50,603 nt of DNA from Planctomycetota bacterium (GTDB lineage: Bacteria > Planctomycetota > Phycisphaerae > Sedimentisphaerales > UBA12454), in contig JAHJUV010000115.1 of assembly GCA_018828825.1 (NCBI GenBank), positions 1 through 50,603 on the forward strand, in the 5' to 3' direction. Made by a program: the position numbers and the translations under genes. Under the pieces are notes generated by a model. That model was not told where the DNA came from and made no database searches. It worked only from the letters and a program-made list of their open reading frames with translations. The stretch's first letter is position 1. Every line of letters begins with the position of its first letter. Shown piece after piece: positions 9,855 through 20,234 of the stretch.

Positions 9855-10870
9855 ATTTTTATTTCAGGACTAACTAAACAACCCGTGGCAAGATATTTCG
9901 AATCTGGTGAAAATGCAATATCAGAAACTGTTAAATTACTTGCCGGTATTTGGCCTATTTTTTGGCCGGTCGAAATATCCCAGAACCATACAACTCCGGC
10001 AGGCTCCGTATCTGCAGCAAGAATTTTGCCGTTGGGGCTTACCACTATACAGGAAATATTCTGCTTCTGATTAGCAGGAGTTTGATATTCGTCCATTACA
10101 AATGTCCTGAGAAGTTGTCCTGTGGCGGCATCAAACGCTAATATATGGCGGATTTTTTCAGCTATGAAAAGCAGCTTCCCATCCGGCGAAAATCCAGCAC
10201 GAGTAAATCTGCTGTATTTGTCAAACTCTTTTCCCCATAAAATTGTCTCGTTTTTCACATCAGATACAAATAGCCAGGCATGATTTCCTCCACCTGCACC
10301 TGCTAAAAAAGAACCATCATTTGTAACAGTAAAATCATATAAGACCGATTCGTCTATACTTGTGTCTTTCTGGAAAACAAATGATAATTCTTTAAACTCA
10401 GAATCAAACAAACCCAATTTAAACCGGCCTTTTTGTGTGCCTTCTTTAAAATTAACCGAAACTATGCCAAATTTGCCATTTTGTGAGGTTTTGATTGTTT
10501 TGCATTCAGCACCATAAGGCAAAGACAAACTTGTTAGCTCTTTATCAGCCTTTAGATTGGTAACGATTAGTCTCTCTAAATTTGTTGAAGGATTATAAAT
10601 AATTTTATCATCAGCAATTGGCACTGCTACTCTGGCTTGTGGTTTAGCGGCAACTGGCCAAATAGATAAATCCTTCCATTGCCAAGTATAAATATTATTT
10701 TCTTTTGAAATGACAAAAAGTCTATCTCCAACAGTGACAACCCTGTCAGTGCTTTCTGTCGGTCCCTGAAGCTGACGTACAAAATTGCTTTTTGAATCGG
10801 CGTAAAACATTAGTAATATAGGAATAATTATAACTATCGCTATAATAAGATTTCTATTTTTCTTGCTCAT
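9827..10870 (-). CDS. Membrane-anchored WD40/beta-propeller repeat protein
   Basis: N-terminal TM helix ([16 protein letters not shown]). Repeated blocks of the type SPDGK/SPNGK/SPDSK ... WD/W.V (e.g. [14 protein letters not shown]...IKIWKV). Confidence 0.65.
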   Translation of the reverse strand: MSKKNRNLIIAIVIIIPILLMFYADSKSNFVRQLQGPTESTDRVVTVGDRLFVISKENNIYTWQWKDLSIWPVAAKPQARVAVPIADDKIIYNPSTNLERLIVTNLKADKELTSLSLPYGAECKTIKTSQNGKFGIVSVNFKEGTQKGRFKLGLFDSEFKELSFVFQKDTSIDESVLYDFTVTNDGSFLAGAGGGNHAWLFVSDVKNETILWGKEFDKYSRFTRAGFSPDGKLLFIAEKIRHILAFDAATGQLLRTFVMDEYQTPANQKQNISCIVVSPNGKILAADTEPAGVVWFWDISTGQKIGQIPASNLTVSDIAFSPDSKYLATGCLVSPEIKIWKVPQLKP

Positions 10871-10942
10871 AATTATTGCCCCTTTGCTTTCTTACTTCTT
10901 TTGACGCTGATTACGCGGATTTCACTGATTTTTTCTTTTGCT

Positions 10943-11566
10943 TCATACTTCAGCAACATATATGTTGCTGCTTATCCCGTGGCTGTCAATTTGTATGTTT
11001 AATTCAAATCCGCATTTTTTATATAATTTGTTGGCAGCCTCATTATCCGCAGCCACTAACACCTTAACTTTATCAATGCCACGTTTTCGGCATTCTTCAA
11101 AGCCAGTATCGACAAGCTGTTTTGCAATTCCCTTGCCTCTGCCTTCAGGGGCTACTGCGATTGAGAGTAATTCAGCGTCCGGCAAATCCATCTTTTTCAT
11201 TTTTGATGGATAAAAAAGATTATCCCATACTTTCTTAATTACCTGCAGGGATAACATTCTCTTAGCAAGCAAAAAGGCAAATTTAAAACCTTTTTTCAGG
11301 ACAACATGCTTATAAAGCTTTGAAAGGTTAGTCGAAAAGGCGACAAACCCCAAAACATTTTCATTCTCAACAGCAACAAAACCAAAACTATTTTTATCCC
11401 CTGCGATAGCTTCGTGTAATGCTGCTACAAACTCTTGTCCCAAAGAACTTATAAATCCGGTTGGAATATTTTTAATGTGCAGTTCTGCGATTTCGGGAAA
11501 CAAGTCTTTTTCGAGATGCTTAAATCTTACCAGAGATATTTTCGAATCTTGCTTCATTATCAACAA
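10943..11566 (-). CDS. GNAT-family N-acetyltransferase
   Basis: Acetyl-CoA binding motif VAPEGRGKGIAKQLV and C-terminal NEAANKLYKKCGF. Confidence 0.8.
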   Translation of the reverse strand: MLIMKQDSKISLVRFKHLEKDLFPEIAELHIKNIPTGFISSLGQEFVAALHEAIAGDKNSFGFVAVENENVLGFVAFSTNLSKLYKHVVLKKGFKFAFLLAKRMLSLQVIKKVWDNLFYPSKMKKMDLPDAELLSIAVAPEGRGKGIAKQLVDTGFEECRKRGIDKVKVLVAADNEAANKLYKKCGFELNIQIDSHGISSNIYVAEV

Positions 11567-11629
11567 ACTTTGATCAAGTCAGGGGATATCTTTATCTCTG
11601 TACAAATCAATTGTCCTGTTCCTGAACTT

Positions 11630-12754
11630 TTAGTATTTGAACACCACTTTGAATTCAGGTTCGTCTCCTACGGTAATGCGAACCTCGCCCTTTTCAAAAT
11701 CTCTGGTTACGGTATTACCCTGCCATTTTCTTTTTTCGCGAGGATTACCCAATTGCCTTTGCCACATCGGCCAGCCCCCTACCGGCCAGACTTCATATCG
11801 TGGCGAAGCGACATAAATCCCGCCCCAGTACGGCTGTTCAGGAGGCATAACAAGCAAAGCTGTTGCTGCCACCTTTCGGCCATCTTCATCCCAGCGACCC
11901 TTATTATATGTCAAAGTATCCGTATAAAGAAAAATACTTTTTCCTTTCTCAAGAACTGTCTGATAGCCATTTAGCTCCCGTTCGAACCCTTCAACAGTGC
12001 GAAGTCTATTTGGATGAGCAGCCATTTCATAACAAATGCCGTCAAGATATTGAGCAAATTCTGTCCACGTTTCAGGTTCGGCGGTAACATTGACAATAAG
12101 TTTCATATTTTCAAGTTCCGTCAGTTCTCTGGCGCATTTCAAAAATGCAAGACATTTCTGCGTCCACTGCTCAACTGTTAAACTGCCCGGAGACCAGAAT
12201 TTGTAAGTCCAATTATCCAAATAGAGCAAATTAACTCCGGCATGATGTACATTGTCTATAACCCTTTTCAATAGTGAACTCTGCACCTGCGGCAATCCGA
12301 CATCGAGATAATATCTATATCGGTCCCCGGGCCATGTTACCGGTCGATTGTCCTTGTCAACAATGACCCATGCAGGATTTATCGCACTGTGCGGAATACA
12401 GCCCTCAGGATAACCGGTTGTATCGCCAGCAGGTTTGGGCGGGGCAGATGTTGTTGAAGAATAGTAATAACCAATATACTTTACGCCATTTTGCTTCTGC
12501 TGTTGTATCGATTGGCGATATTCTTTTTCACTTGATGCGGTAGTCATCATCGTAATCCATGTAAAGATAAATTTATCATGAATCGGTCCTCGCCACTTAT
12601 TTTTACCTCCATGATACCAGCCATTAAAGAAAAAACGTTCTTCAGGCTTGTTGACGTCGGTGTTTTGTGGTAAAATAGGTTCTGCTGAGGATACCGATGA
12701 CAAAAAAACCGCCGCATCTAATATAAAAATTATGAAAAGCCTGTTGTATCTCAT
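11630..12754 (-). CDS. Secreted protein, possible TIM-barrel glycoside-hydrolase-like enzyme (GH114/GHL-like)
   Basis: Signal peptide (MRYNRLFIIFILDAAVFLSSVSSA). Blocks such as YYLDVG...GVNLLYLDNW and DGICYE resemble GH114/GHL hypothetical hydrolases. The family assignment was not verified. Confidence 0.4.
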   Translation of the reverse strand: MRYNRLFIIFILDAAVFLSSVSSAEPILPQNTDVNKPEERFFFNGWYHGGKNKWRGPIHDKFIFTWITMMTTASSEKEYRQSIQQQKQNGVKYIGYYYSSTTSAPPKPAGDTTGYPEGCIPHSAINPAWVIVDKDNRPVTWPGDRYRYYLDVGLPQVQSSLLKRVIDNVHHAGVNLLYLDNWTYKFWSPGSLTVEQWTQKCLAFLKCARELTELENMKLIVNVTAEPETWTEFAQYLDGICYEMAAHPNRLRTVEGFERELNGYQTVLEKGKSIFLYTDTLTYNKGRWDEDGRKVAATALLVMPPEQPYWGGIYVASPRYEVWPVGGWPMWQRQLGNPREKRKWQGNTVTRDFEKGEVRITVGDEPEFKVVFKY

Positions 12755-13902
12755 CTGGTTTCCAAAAGTTTTTTTCGATGTTCAACAATTGCTTTTATCA
12801 TTTCTTTACGGTCAAATTTATTAACTACTCTTTGTCTTCCGGCTTTGCCCATTTTTATTCGAAGTTCAGGCTGACATATAAGTTTTCTTAAAGGCTCAAG
12901 TTGAGCTTTAGAACTCTGTGATTTAACCAGAAAACCCGTAATGCCATCTTCGACAGATTCTCGCGGACCAATAGTATTTGTTGAAATAACCGGAAGTTCC
13001 ATTGCCTGTGCTTCAAGGTTTACCTCGCCAAAACCTTCCCTGTACGTCGGCAAACAAAAAATATCCATAGCAGAATAATAAGGCAAAGGGTTGTCCTGCC
13101 AGCCTGCACATCTTATGCGATTATTCCGCTTGATTATTGAAACTGTGTCGCTGTCAAGCTTGTTCTTTTCTTCCTCTTCACCAATAAGCAAAAGATATAT
13201 TCTTGGAATTTCATTTGATAAAACATCAAATGCCTGAACCAATTCATTTATTCCCTTATCCCCAGTCAGTCTTGCAACTGTCCCTATTACAGTAGCATTT
13301 TCAGGAATATGATATTGATCTCTTATTTGATTTCTAAAAGGCTTCCATTTCTCAGGATTGAACAATCCAAGATCAACTCCGCATGCGCTACCGTTAAGCA
13401 TTACTTCATATTTTTCTTTTGTTCCCAGACTTTCGCCGAGTGCAAATTCAACCATTTCATGGGAAATAGGAATAATATTAGTGCTGATTGAACAAATGTT
13501 TTTTTCAAAAAACTTGAAGAGTTTATATTTAAAACCTGTCTGACCTGTATAATATAAACCCCATAGAATATATACCCGAATCGGAACTTTGGCAAGGAAA
13601 GCGGCAATAGCGCTTAATAGTGATGCTTTCGGTGTGCTGTATTGAACAATATCAAATCGTTCTTTTCTAAAAAGATGGATTAACTTAAGGATAGCTTTAA
13701 TATCGCTAAGAGGACTGATCATTCTTGAAAATGGAACAGGATAGAATTTAACGTTTTCCGGCAATTGATTATTCAATTCTCCATCATCTGCGCATATTAC
13801 GGTTATGTCAAATCCAGCTTGTTTTAGGGCTTCTAATTGGCCTTTATAAAATGCTTTTATTGAAGCCGAAACCGTCGTTAAAATACAAATTTTAGCATTC
13901 AT
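12751..13902 (-). CDS. Glycosyltransferase family 4
   Basis: GT-B C-terminal E-x7-E region (REGFGEVNLEAQAMELPVISTNTIGPRESVEDGITGFLV). ATGA overlap with the downstream gene. Confidence 0.85.
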   Translation of the reverse strand: MNAKICILTTVSASIKAFYKGQLEALKQAGFDITVICADDGELNNQLPENVKFYPVPFSRMISPLSDIKAILKLIHLFRKERFDIVQYSTPKASLLSAIAAFLAKVPIRVYILWGLYYTGQTGFKYKLFKFFEKNICSISTNIIPISHEMVEFALGESLGTKEKYEVMLNGSACGVDLGLFNPEKWKPFRNQIRDQYHIPENATVIGTVARLTGDKGINELVQAFDVLSNEIPRIYLLLIGEEEEKNKLDSDTVSIIKRNNRIRCAGWQDNPLPYYSAMDIFCLPTYREGFGEVNLEAQAMELPVISTNTIGPRESVEDGITGFLVKSQSSKAQLEPLRKLICQPELRIKMGKAGRQRVVNKFDRKEMIKAIVEHRKKLLETR

Positions 13903-14507
13903 TATTTTTCAGTATCCAATCTTGTAAAAACATTAGGTTCTTTGTCAATTCTTGGTCCAATCACCTTAGCAGGCACTCCACAAGCAAAAACATTATCAGG
14001 AATATCTTTTGTAACAACTGCGTTAGAACCTATTATTGTTCCTGAGCCAATAGAACAACCGGATACAATGGTTGCGTGCGAGGCAACCCAGCTTCCTTTC
14101 CCGATATGAACAGGAGCTGTTCTGGAACCACCAAATCTTACAGAATTATCCTTAAAACAATGTGAACTTGTCGTGATGACCACAAAAGGACTTAATTCAA
14201 CTTTATCTTCAATGATTAATCCACCTATGCCATCAATCCAGCAACCGGTCGCTATATAAACATTATCCCCTATTTGAATGCCGTGGGGATTTAAAAACGT
14301 GATATTCCTTGCAAGCTGAAGATTCTTGCCGCAACTTCTAAGAAAAGGCCTGATAAAAGCACCGCGAAGTCTTATAGTAACTCTGTTCTCAGGCAGCCAA
14401 TTAGTGGTAAGCTGAACTATCCACAGCGGCAAAGGATATCTAATTTGATAAATTATCTCCCTAAATATACGAAGTGCTATTTTCTTACACATTTCCTGTT
14501 CGCTCAA
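13902..14507 (-). CDS. Hexapeptide-repeat (LbH) acyl/acetyltransferase
   Basis: Left-handed beta-helix repeats (IGDNVYIATGCWIDG..., IGKGSWVASHATIVSGCSIGSGTIIGSNAVV). Confidence 0.8.
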   Translation of the reverse strand: MSEQEMCKKIALRIFREIIYQIRYPLPLWIVQLTTNWLPENRVTIRLRGAFIRPFLRSCGKNLQLARNITFLNPHGIQIGDNVYIATGCWIDGIGGLIIEDKVELSPFVVITTSSHCFKDNSVRFGGSRTAPVHIGKGSWVASHATIVSGCSIGSGTIIGSNAVVTKDIPDNVFACGVPAKVIGPRIDKEPNVFTRLDTEK

Positions 14508-15699
14508 TAGTCATATTTTTAACTTTTTCGTAGAACTCTATTCGTCGCAACTCAAGCACATCTGCCGTGTACTCGCGGGCAATTTCAATATTTCTTGATA
14601 CAGCTTTCTTCATCATATCCGCATTCGAAATTACATATTTCAGCTTTTCATACAGCATCTCGACATCGGCAGGGGCGACGAGAAATTCCGGTTCGAGTAA
14701 TTCTGAAAATCCTCCTACCGTACTGCCTATACAAGGCAGCCCTCTTGCCATTGCCTCAATCACAGAACGTGGTAATCCCTCTTGTCGTGAAGGCAGGACA
14801 TATAAATCCATCTCGTCAAAATACTCAAGAACGCGTCTGCCGGGCGGCACCATTCCAACAAATTCAACCTTATTACCGGTACCTAATTTTTTTGCTCGTT
14901 CCCTCAACCATGTTTTATATTGACCGTCTCCGAGCATTATCAATTTAAGATTTATACCTTCACTAACACATTTGGCAGCAGCGTCAATAAGAATATCAGG
15001 GGCCTTATATAACTGGGCCATTGTACCTGCATAACAGATAAACCATGGCCCCCCTGAGTCAGCTTTGGCTTTTATTCTCTCGACTCTTCGCCTAACCATC
15101 CCTTCATCTGCTATTGCATCCACGGGCAGTTCTACGCTGGAATAATCAGTTGACCAGCCACCGGGAGGATACTTCTTCTGTAAGCTGTATCTGGTTACAT
15201 AGGAAGCGGCACAAGCTCCACGGCACTGGTCAGCGGCAACCCTGGCAAATTTCCATCTTACATACGGCCGAGATATGCTTTTAACGCTGCCAGCAGCTAA
15301 TGAATCCCACGGATCCCCAACAACTTCAACGCCAAAAGGAATATTTCGTTTTCTCAGCTCATACCACAACAAAGTCGACACTATACCAGGTATTCGCAAT
15401 ATAAATGCTTCTGGCTGTTTAACGGCTTTTCTTGCGAGGGATGCCAGAGAAAAATATTTCATCAGATATTGCCATGGTCCAATGAAACACGGAAGCGGCA
15501 GGAATTTTACTCCAAGCCCGTTTGCATATGTTTTTCCTGACGGCTTGTCAGGAACCTGCATAGCGCGGGCAAAAATCACTACTTCATCAAAAACCTTGAG
15601 GTATCTCTGCCAAAATCTGTAATCAAAACTTGACTGCGAATAAAAGCTGCCGTCCGGCGTACTTAAAAAACGCTCTTCAAGTGCAACCATTACACGCAT
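14485..15699 (-). CDS. Glycosyltransferase family 4
   Basis: RQEGLPRSVIEAMARGLPCIGSTVGGFSELLE motif region. Confidence 0.85.
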   Translation of the reverse strand: MRVMVALEERFLSTPDGSFYSQSSFDYRFWQRYLKVFDEVVIFARAMQVPDKPSGKTYANGLGVKFLPLPCFIGPWQYLMKYFSLASLARKAVKQPEAFILRIPGIVSTLLWYELRKRNIPFGVEVVGDPWDSLAAGSVKSISRPYVRWKFARVAADQCRGACAASYVTRYSLQKKYPPGGWSTDYSSVELPVDAIADEGMVRRRVERIKAKADSGGPWFICYAGTMAQLYKAPDILIDAAAKCVSEGINLKLIMLGDGQYKTWLRERAKKLGTGNKVEFVGMVPPGRRVLEYFDEMDLYVLPSRQEGLPRSVIEAMARGLPCIGSTVGGFSELLEPEFLVAPADVEMLYEKLKYVISNADMMKKAVSRNIEIAREYTADVLELRRIEFYEKVKNMTIERTGNV

Positions 15700-15737
15700 A
15701 TTACCACCATGATATTTTATCGACCGTGAATGAAGTA

Positions 15738-17294
15738 TTAATCATTTTCTTGTTGAGAAGAAAACTCATTAGCCTGATAATCAAAATTATAATCCGGCAG
15801 GTTAACTTTTATACGTGAAAACCAGACAACAATGAACGAGGGACCTAAAAACTTTACCAGTGAAAATACAAGAGTCATGGTGTCGCCGGAAACAATTGAG
15901 ACCGACATATAAATCAGCACAGGCAGCAAAAACACAAGCATTGGGTCATTTTCCCAGCGGTCAACCAGACTTTTCATAAATTTTATTACAATTCCCCAGC
16001 TAAAAAACGCAAATAAAACTCCATGCCATTTAAAATTCGCATACGCTTCGCCCACCAAACCCGCTATCATTGTTGTTTTTTCAGACATTCCTGCATAAGC
16101 ACCGCGTCCAGCTCGCATATCCGTAATAACCTCATTCATACCGTTTGGTCTAGATGGCCAGATTTTATGCGGTATAACAGTAACAACAGCCGCAACATAT
16201 GTCTTTCCCCAACGCAACGGATAATTCCCAGCATCAATTTCCTGTTTGACAAACATCCACACATTCATTCTGCCAAGATCACCTACAATCGTACCGAGCA
16301 TACTTCTGCCGGCACGTTTTTCAAGTCGTTCTCGTTCGGCTGGATTAAAAGCTGCATAAAGACCCTGCGTGCCGAAAGATTTATAAAGAGAATAGACGTG
16401 TAATGGCCATAAAAGTAACAGAAAAGATATTACCATAGTTGACGCGCGAACTCTTTTTACCAAAAAATGATAAATTCCCACTGCCCAGAGAATGTGTATC
16501 ATAATCAGAGAACGACTGCCACGAAGACCGACAAAAGCTATGATAATAAGTAAAGCTATAAAGAACCGGGATATAATTGCTCCTCGCAACAAAACATTCA
16601 TATTTGCAGAAACACTCTTTATCTTGATTATCTTGGATAATACCCAAAAAAGTATGGCGGACGGAATCATATCTACTAAAAGAAATAATAAAGCTTTGCC
16701 CTGTGTGAAGGAATATCTGGTTTCAAAATCACCTCTTACTGCCCCTGAATACACAATTAAAGCATACGCATAAGCAAGAAAAGCAAAAACCAACATAAGA
16801 ACTACACAAAAATCAAGCCGACCTACCGATGGAACAGCTGGCCGGGAGAAAATGCTATCAGCAAACCTTTTACCCAAAGAAAGGCTATAACCGGCAAAAA
16901 AACAGAACAATCCTGCCACACAGATTATCATGACCTTGCCCATTAAAGAGTTTCGGTCGCCTTCCAAGGGCAGTAACTCACCGTAATCCCCGACAATTAG
17001 ATGAATCAATGGAGTAACCACTAAGAGATGCGTCAAAACCAAAGTAGATAGGCATAGCGGATCGAAAGAATTCCTTTTGCCGATTAACCAGACAAATACC
17101 ATTGGCGAAAGAAATATACAACAAACAGATATTGGAACAAAAGACCAATGCCGCACTTGTGAAAAACTTACAGCTATAACAATCATCACAAACAAACCAA
17201 TCAGCCCGCCAATCACATAGTAAGCCGGATTTGGTTGAGACTGAATAGCTTCTGCCTGTGACGATTCAATATATGGTTCAAAATCCTGTTTCAA
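15738..17294 (-). CDS. Polytopic membrane protein, putative O-antigen/EPS polymerase (Wzy-like)
   Basis: More than 10 predicted TM helices with one larger loop. It sits between glycosyltransferases in a locus that also encodes a Wzx-like flippase. No diagnostic motif was verified. Confidence 0.5.
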   Translation of the reverse strand: MKQDFEPYIESSQAEAIQSQPNPAYYVIGGLIGLFVMIVIAVSFSQVRHWSFVPISVCCIFLSPMVFVWLIGKRNSFDPLCLSTLVLTHLLVVTPLIHLIVGDYGELLPLEGDRNSLMGKVMIICVAGLFCFFAGYSLSLGKRFADSIFSRPAVPSVGRLDFCVVLMLVFAFLAYAYALIVYSGAVRGDFETRYSFTQGKALLFLLVDMIPSAILFWVLSKIIKIKSVSANMNVLLRGAIISRFFIALLIIIAFVGLRGSRSLIMIHILWAVGIYHFLVKRVRASTMVISFLLLLWPLHVYSLYKSFGTQGLYAAFNPAERERLEKRAGRSMLGTIVGDLGRMNVWMFVKQEIDAGNYPLRWGKTYVAAVVTVIPHKIWPSRPNGMNEVITDMRAGRGAYAGMSEKTTMIAGLVGEAYANFKWHGVLFAFFSWGIVIKFMKSLVDRWENDPMLVFLLPVLIYMSVSIVSGDTMTLVFSLVKFLGPSFIVVWFSRIKVNLPDYNFDYQANEFSSQQEND

Positions 17295-17304
17295 AATTAT
17301 CCTA

Positions 17305-18456
17305 TTATCTTAAACAAGAATTATATATGTCAATTACATTGGAAACATGTCTATTCCAGTCAAATTTCGATTCAGCAAGCCGTCTGGACTCAAGCCCCAT
17401 TTTTTTGAGTTCCTCAGCATCTTTCAGCATTTGTCCCATGACGGCTCCAGCCTCATCAGGAGGGCTGACCGGCACAATGTGCCCATTGATTCCTTCATTT
17501 ACAGTATCAGATGCCATACGCTGCTCAAGCTGATCCTTTGCATAACAGACTAATGGTTTATACTGAGCCATTGCCTGTAATGCAGAAAGACCGAGATTTG
17601 GTCCATCCGTGGCAACAATATAAATATCGAATATATTTATAAATCTATTTGTATCTGTTCTCCAGCCGGTAAATACTACATTATTTTGCACATTCAACTC
17701 ACGGGCCTGTCTCTCCAGATTCTCCCTTTCGGGGCCATCACCAACCAGTACTAATTTTGTGTTTGGATATATCTGCAACAAAGACGGCATTGATGCAATT
17801 ACCTTGTGGCAACCTTTTACGTGGTACAACCTACCGATCGTTCCAATCACCGACTCGTCTGAAAGATTAAATTCCTCTATAAGCTGTTTATCCGGTTCAG
17901 TTGGCTTGAATTTTTCTATGTCTACGCCAAGACAGGAAGTATAAATGTTATCTACCGAGATATTGCCGAGATTAGACAGTTCCCAAGCCAAATAGTCCGA
18001 TACAGCAATGAATTTGGCTTTAAGGGCTTTGATTATGTTTGCACCAACGGCAGTGCCTATAAGCCATTTCTCCTGTCTGCTGTAATTGCAGAAAGCATGC
18101 ATTGGAGTGTGAAAGACTGGAATATTCGACATTCTGCCGCTAAACCACGCCCAAATTCCCGTATCAAGCATGACAGTATTGATTATATCAACCTTGTTCT
18201 CACGAAGATATCTGCCAAAACGCACACCAATCGGCCAATCAAATAAAAGCCTGAAAGGTCCAAGTTTCCCGAATTTCGTGAATCGATTAACTTCGAGATG
18301 TTTTACCTGCTCGACCGGACCCGGTTTATGCATCACCGACCCGCCAAAAGCCATTGTAACCTCAATGCCTCTGCTAACAAGACTATTAGCCAAGTCTATA
18401 AGATATCTTTCGGCTCCACCAAGTGTCATCAAATTACAGACAAGCAAAACATGCAT
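17305..18456 (-). CDS. Glycosyltransferase family 4
   Basis: N-terminal LVCNLMTLGGAERY and a C-terminal GT-B region (GPNLGLSALQAMAQYKPLVCY...NEGINGHIV). Confidence 0.85.
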   Translation of the reverse strand: MHVLLVCNLMTLGGAERYLIDLANSLVSRGIEVTMAFGGSVMHKPGPVEQVKHLEVNRFTKFGKLGPFRLLFDWPIGVRFGRYLRENKVDIINTVMLDTGIWAWFSGRMSNIPVFHTPMHAFCNYSRQEKWLIGTAVGANIIKALKAKFIAVSDYLAWELSNLGNISVDNIYTSCLGVDIEKFKPTEPDKQLIEEFNLSDESVIGTIGRLYHVKGCHKVIASMPSLLQIYPNTKLVLVGDGPERENLERQARELNVQNNVVFTGWRTDTNRFINIFDIYIVATDGPNLGLSALQAMAQYKPLVCYAKDQLEQRMASDTVNEGINGHIVPVSPPDEAGAVMGQMLKDAEELKKMGLESRRLAESKFDWNRHVSNVIDIYNSCLR

Positions 18457-18521
18457 TTAAACAACTCCCACAAACCAGTTTTGGCTAAATTATTCAGACT
18501 TGACTTTCTGGACATTCGGAA

Positions 18522-19076
18522 TCATCTATCCCCAGACCTCATACGTAGTGTTTTGGCGGGTACGCCAGCAACAACCGCATATGGCTCAATATCCTTGGTT
18601 ACTACTGCGCCAGCACCTATCTGTGATCCACGCCCTATGGTCGTTCCAGGAAGAATAATCGCCCCGACTCCTATGTCACAATTATCGTCAATATGCACAG
18701 GAGCAAATTCGATGCTGCTGTGCAGAATAGGCTTTTCAATTCCCTCTTCACTATGAAAAGAAGTGATAATTTTTACGCCAGGCCCTATCCCTACATTCCT
18801 GCCTATAATGAGGTCGCCAGCACTGTGAAAAAAGCATTGTTGGCCGATCCAAGTGCCCTCGCCGATAATCATTTTGCCTTTATGATAGCCCTTTAGTATT
18901 GTATTATGCCCAATATATACGCCGCTGCCTATTTCAATATTTTCGGGGTGAAAAACCAGTACTCCTGGTTCTACAACCACTCCAGAACCTACTTTCCTAA
19001 ATTCAGACAAATCGAAAATGCCCGTACCGTGTGATTTTCTCTTTTGGGGCAAATTACCGGAGTTAGAATTTTGCAT
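18522..19076 (-). CDS. Hexapeptide-repeat sugar N-acetyltransferase
   Basis: LbH repeats (IEIGSGVYIGHNTIL, IGRNVGIGPGVKI, IGVGAIILPGTTIGRGSQIGAGAVV). Lies next to a DegT aminotransferase. Confidence 0.8.
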   Translation of the reverse strand: MQNSNSGNLPQKRKSHGTGIFDLSEFRKVGSGVVVEPGVLVFHPENIEIGSGVYIGHNTILKGYHKGKMIIGEGTWIGQQCFFHSAGDLIIGRNVGIGPGVKIITSFHSEEGIEKPILHSSIEFAPVHIDDNCDIGVGAIILPGTTIGRGSQIGAGAVVTKDIEPYAVVAGVPAKTLRMRSGDR

Positions 19077-19106
19077 ACAAGACCTGATAAAGTTATTCGA
19101 ATGTGT

Positions 19107-20234
19107 TTAAAGTTGCTCTATAAGCTTTTTTACAACACACTTCTGTTCCGAAACCTTCAGTTTGTCGTGCAACGGCAAGGTAATAGCACGAGAAAAAACC
19201 GCATCTGTTACAGGAAAGCTATCCCTTTTGTAACCATATTTATTTTTGTAATATGTGGTTACAGGAATATACCAAGTGCCAATAGTGGTCTCTATATTGT
19301 TTCTTCTCATCTCAGCAATTATTTTAGAACATTTAGGAGCAGATTTTTCTGGGATAAGAATGACATAGGATTGATAAACATGCTCAGCACCATCTATGGT
19401 CTGTGGAAATTGAATAGACGTGCCGCTTAGAAGCTTATCATAATATGCAGCTCGCTTACGGCGAACAGCTATAATCTTTCTTATCTTATTCATCTGACTT
19501 ATTCCAAAAGCCGCCTGAAATTCAGTCATCCTGTAGTTAAAACCGGGCATTATAAAGTCAGGAGATGAACTGTTAGGATCAAGACCATGATTTCTAAGCG
19601 CTCGAAGTTTATCGGCCAATCCTTTACTATTGGTTACAATAATTCCTCCTTCACCTGTAGTAATTGCTTTTCTTGGATGAAAACTAAAACAGCCTAATGT
19701 CCCAAAAGTGCCGGCATGTTTGCCATTCAACGTAGCTCCAAGCGCACAAGCCGCATCTTCCAGAACCGGTATGTAATATTTTTTAGCAATTTTGATTATC
19801 GTTTTCATATCGGCTGTCTGGCCAAATGCGTGCACAGGAATTATTGCCTTAACCCTGTTGAAATTGTTTCCAGCCTTATGCAACCTCTCGATTTTGTCGG
19901 CAAGGTCAACTGGAGACATATTGAATGTGTCGCGGTCTATATCAACAAAAATGGGCACAGCTCCGCAAAGTTCAATCACATTGGCTGTAGCAGGCCAAGA
20001 ATAAGAGGTGACAAAAACCAAATCTCCGGGCTTTACATCAAGCACAAGTAAAGACAAATGTAAGGCTGCTGTACAATTACTGACTGCTACTGCATACTTT
20101 GCCTCGGTATAATCTGTAATACTTTTTTCAAACAATCTTACCTTCTCAGCCTGAACGAGAAAGCCCGATTTAAGTACCATTTCAACAGATTGTATATCTT
20201 CTCTACTGATATTTGGTATGGTCAGACGTATCAT
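19107..20234 (-). CDS. DegT/DnrJ/EryC1/StrS-family sugar aminotransferase
   Basis: Typical family layout, including CFSFHPRKAITTGEGG (PLP-lysine region) and NYRMTEFQAA. Confidence 0.9.
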   Translation of the reverse strand: MIRLTIPNISREDIQSVEMVLKSGFLVQAEKVRLFEKSITDYTEAKYAVAVSNCTAALHLSLLVLDVKPGDLVFVTSYSWPATANVIELCGAVPIFVDIDRDTFNMSPVDLADKIERLHKAGNNFNRVKAIIPVHAFGQTADMKTIIKIAKKYYIPVLEDAACALGATLNGKHAGTFGTLGCFSFHPRKAITTGEGGIIVTNSKGLADKLRALRNHGLDPNSSSPDFIMPGFNYRMTEFQAAFGISQMNKIRKIIAVRRKRAAYYDKLLSGTSIQFPQTIDGAEHVYQSYVILIPEKSAPKCSKIIAEMRRNNIETTIGTWYIPVTTYYKNKYGYKRDSFPVTDAVFSRAITLPLHDKLKVSEQKCVVKKLIEQL

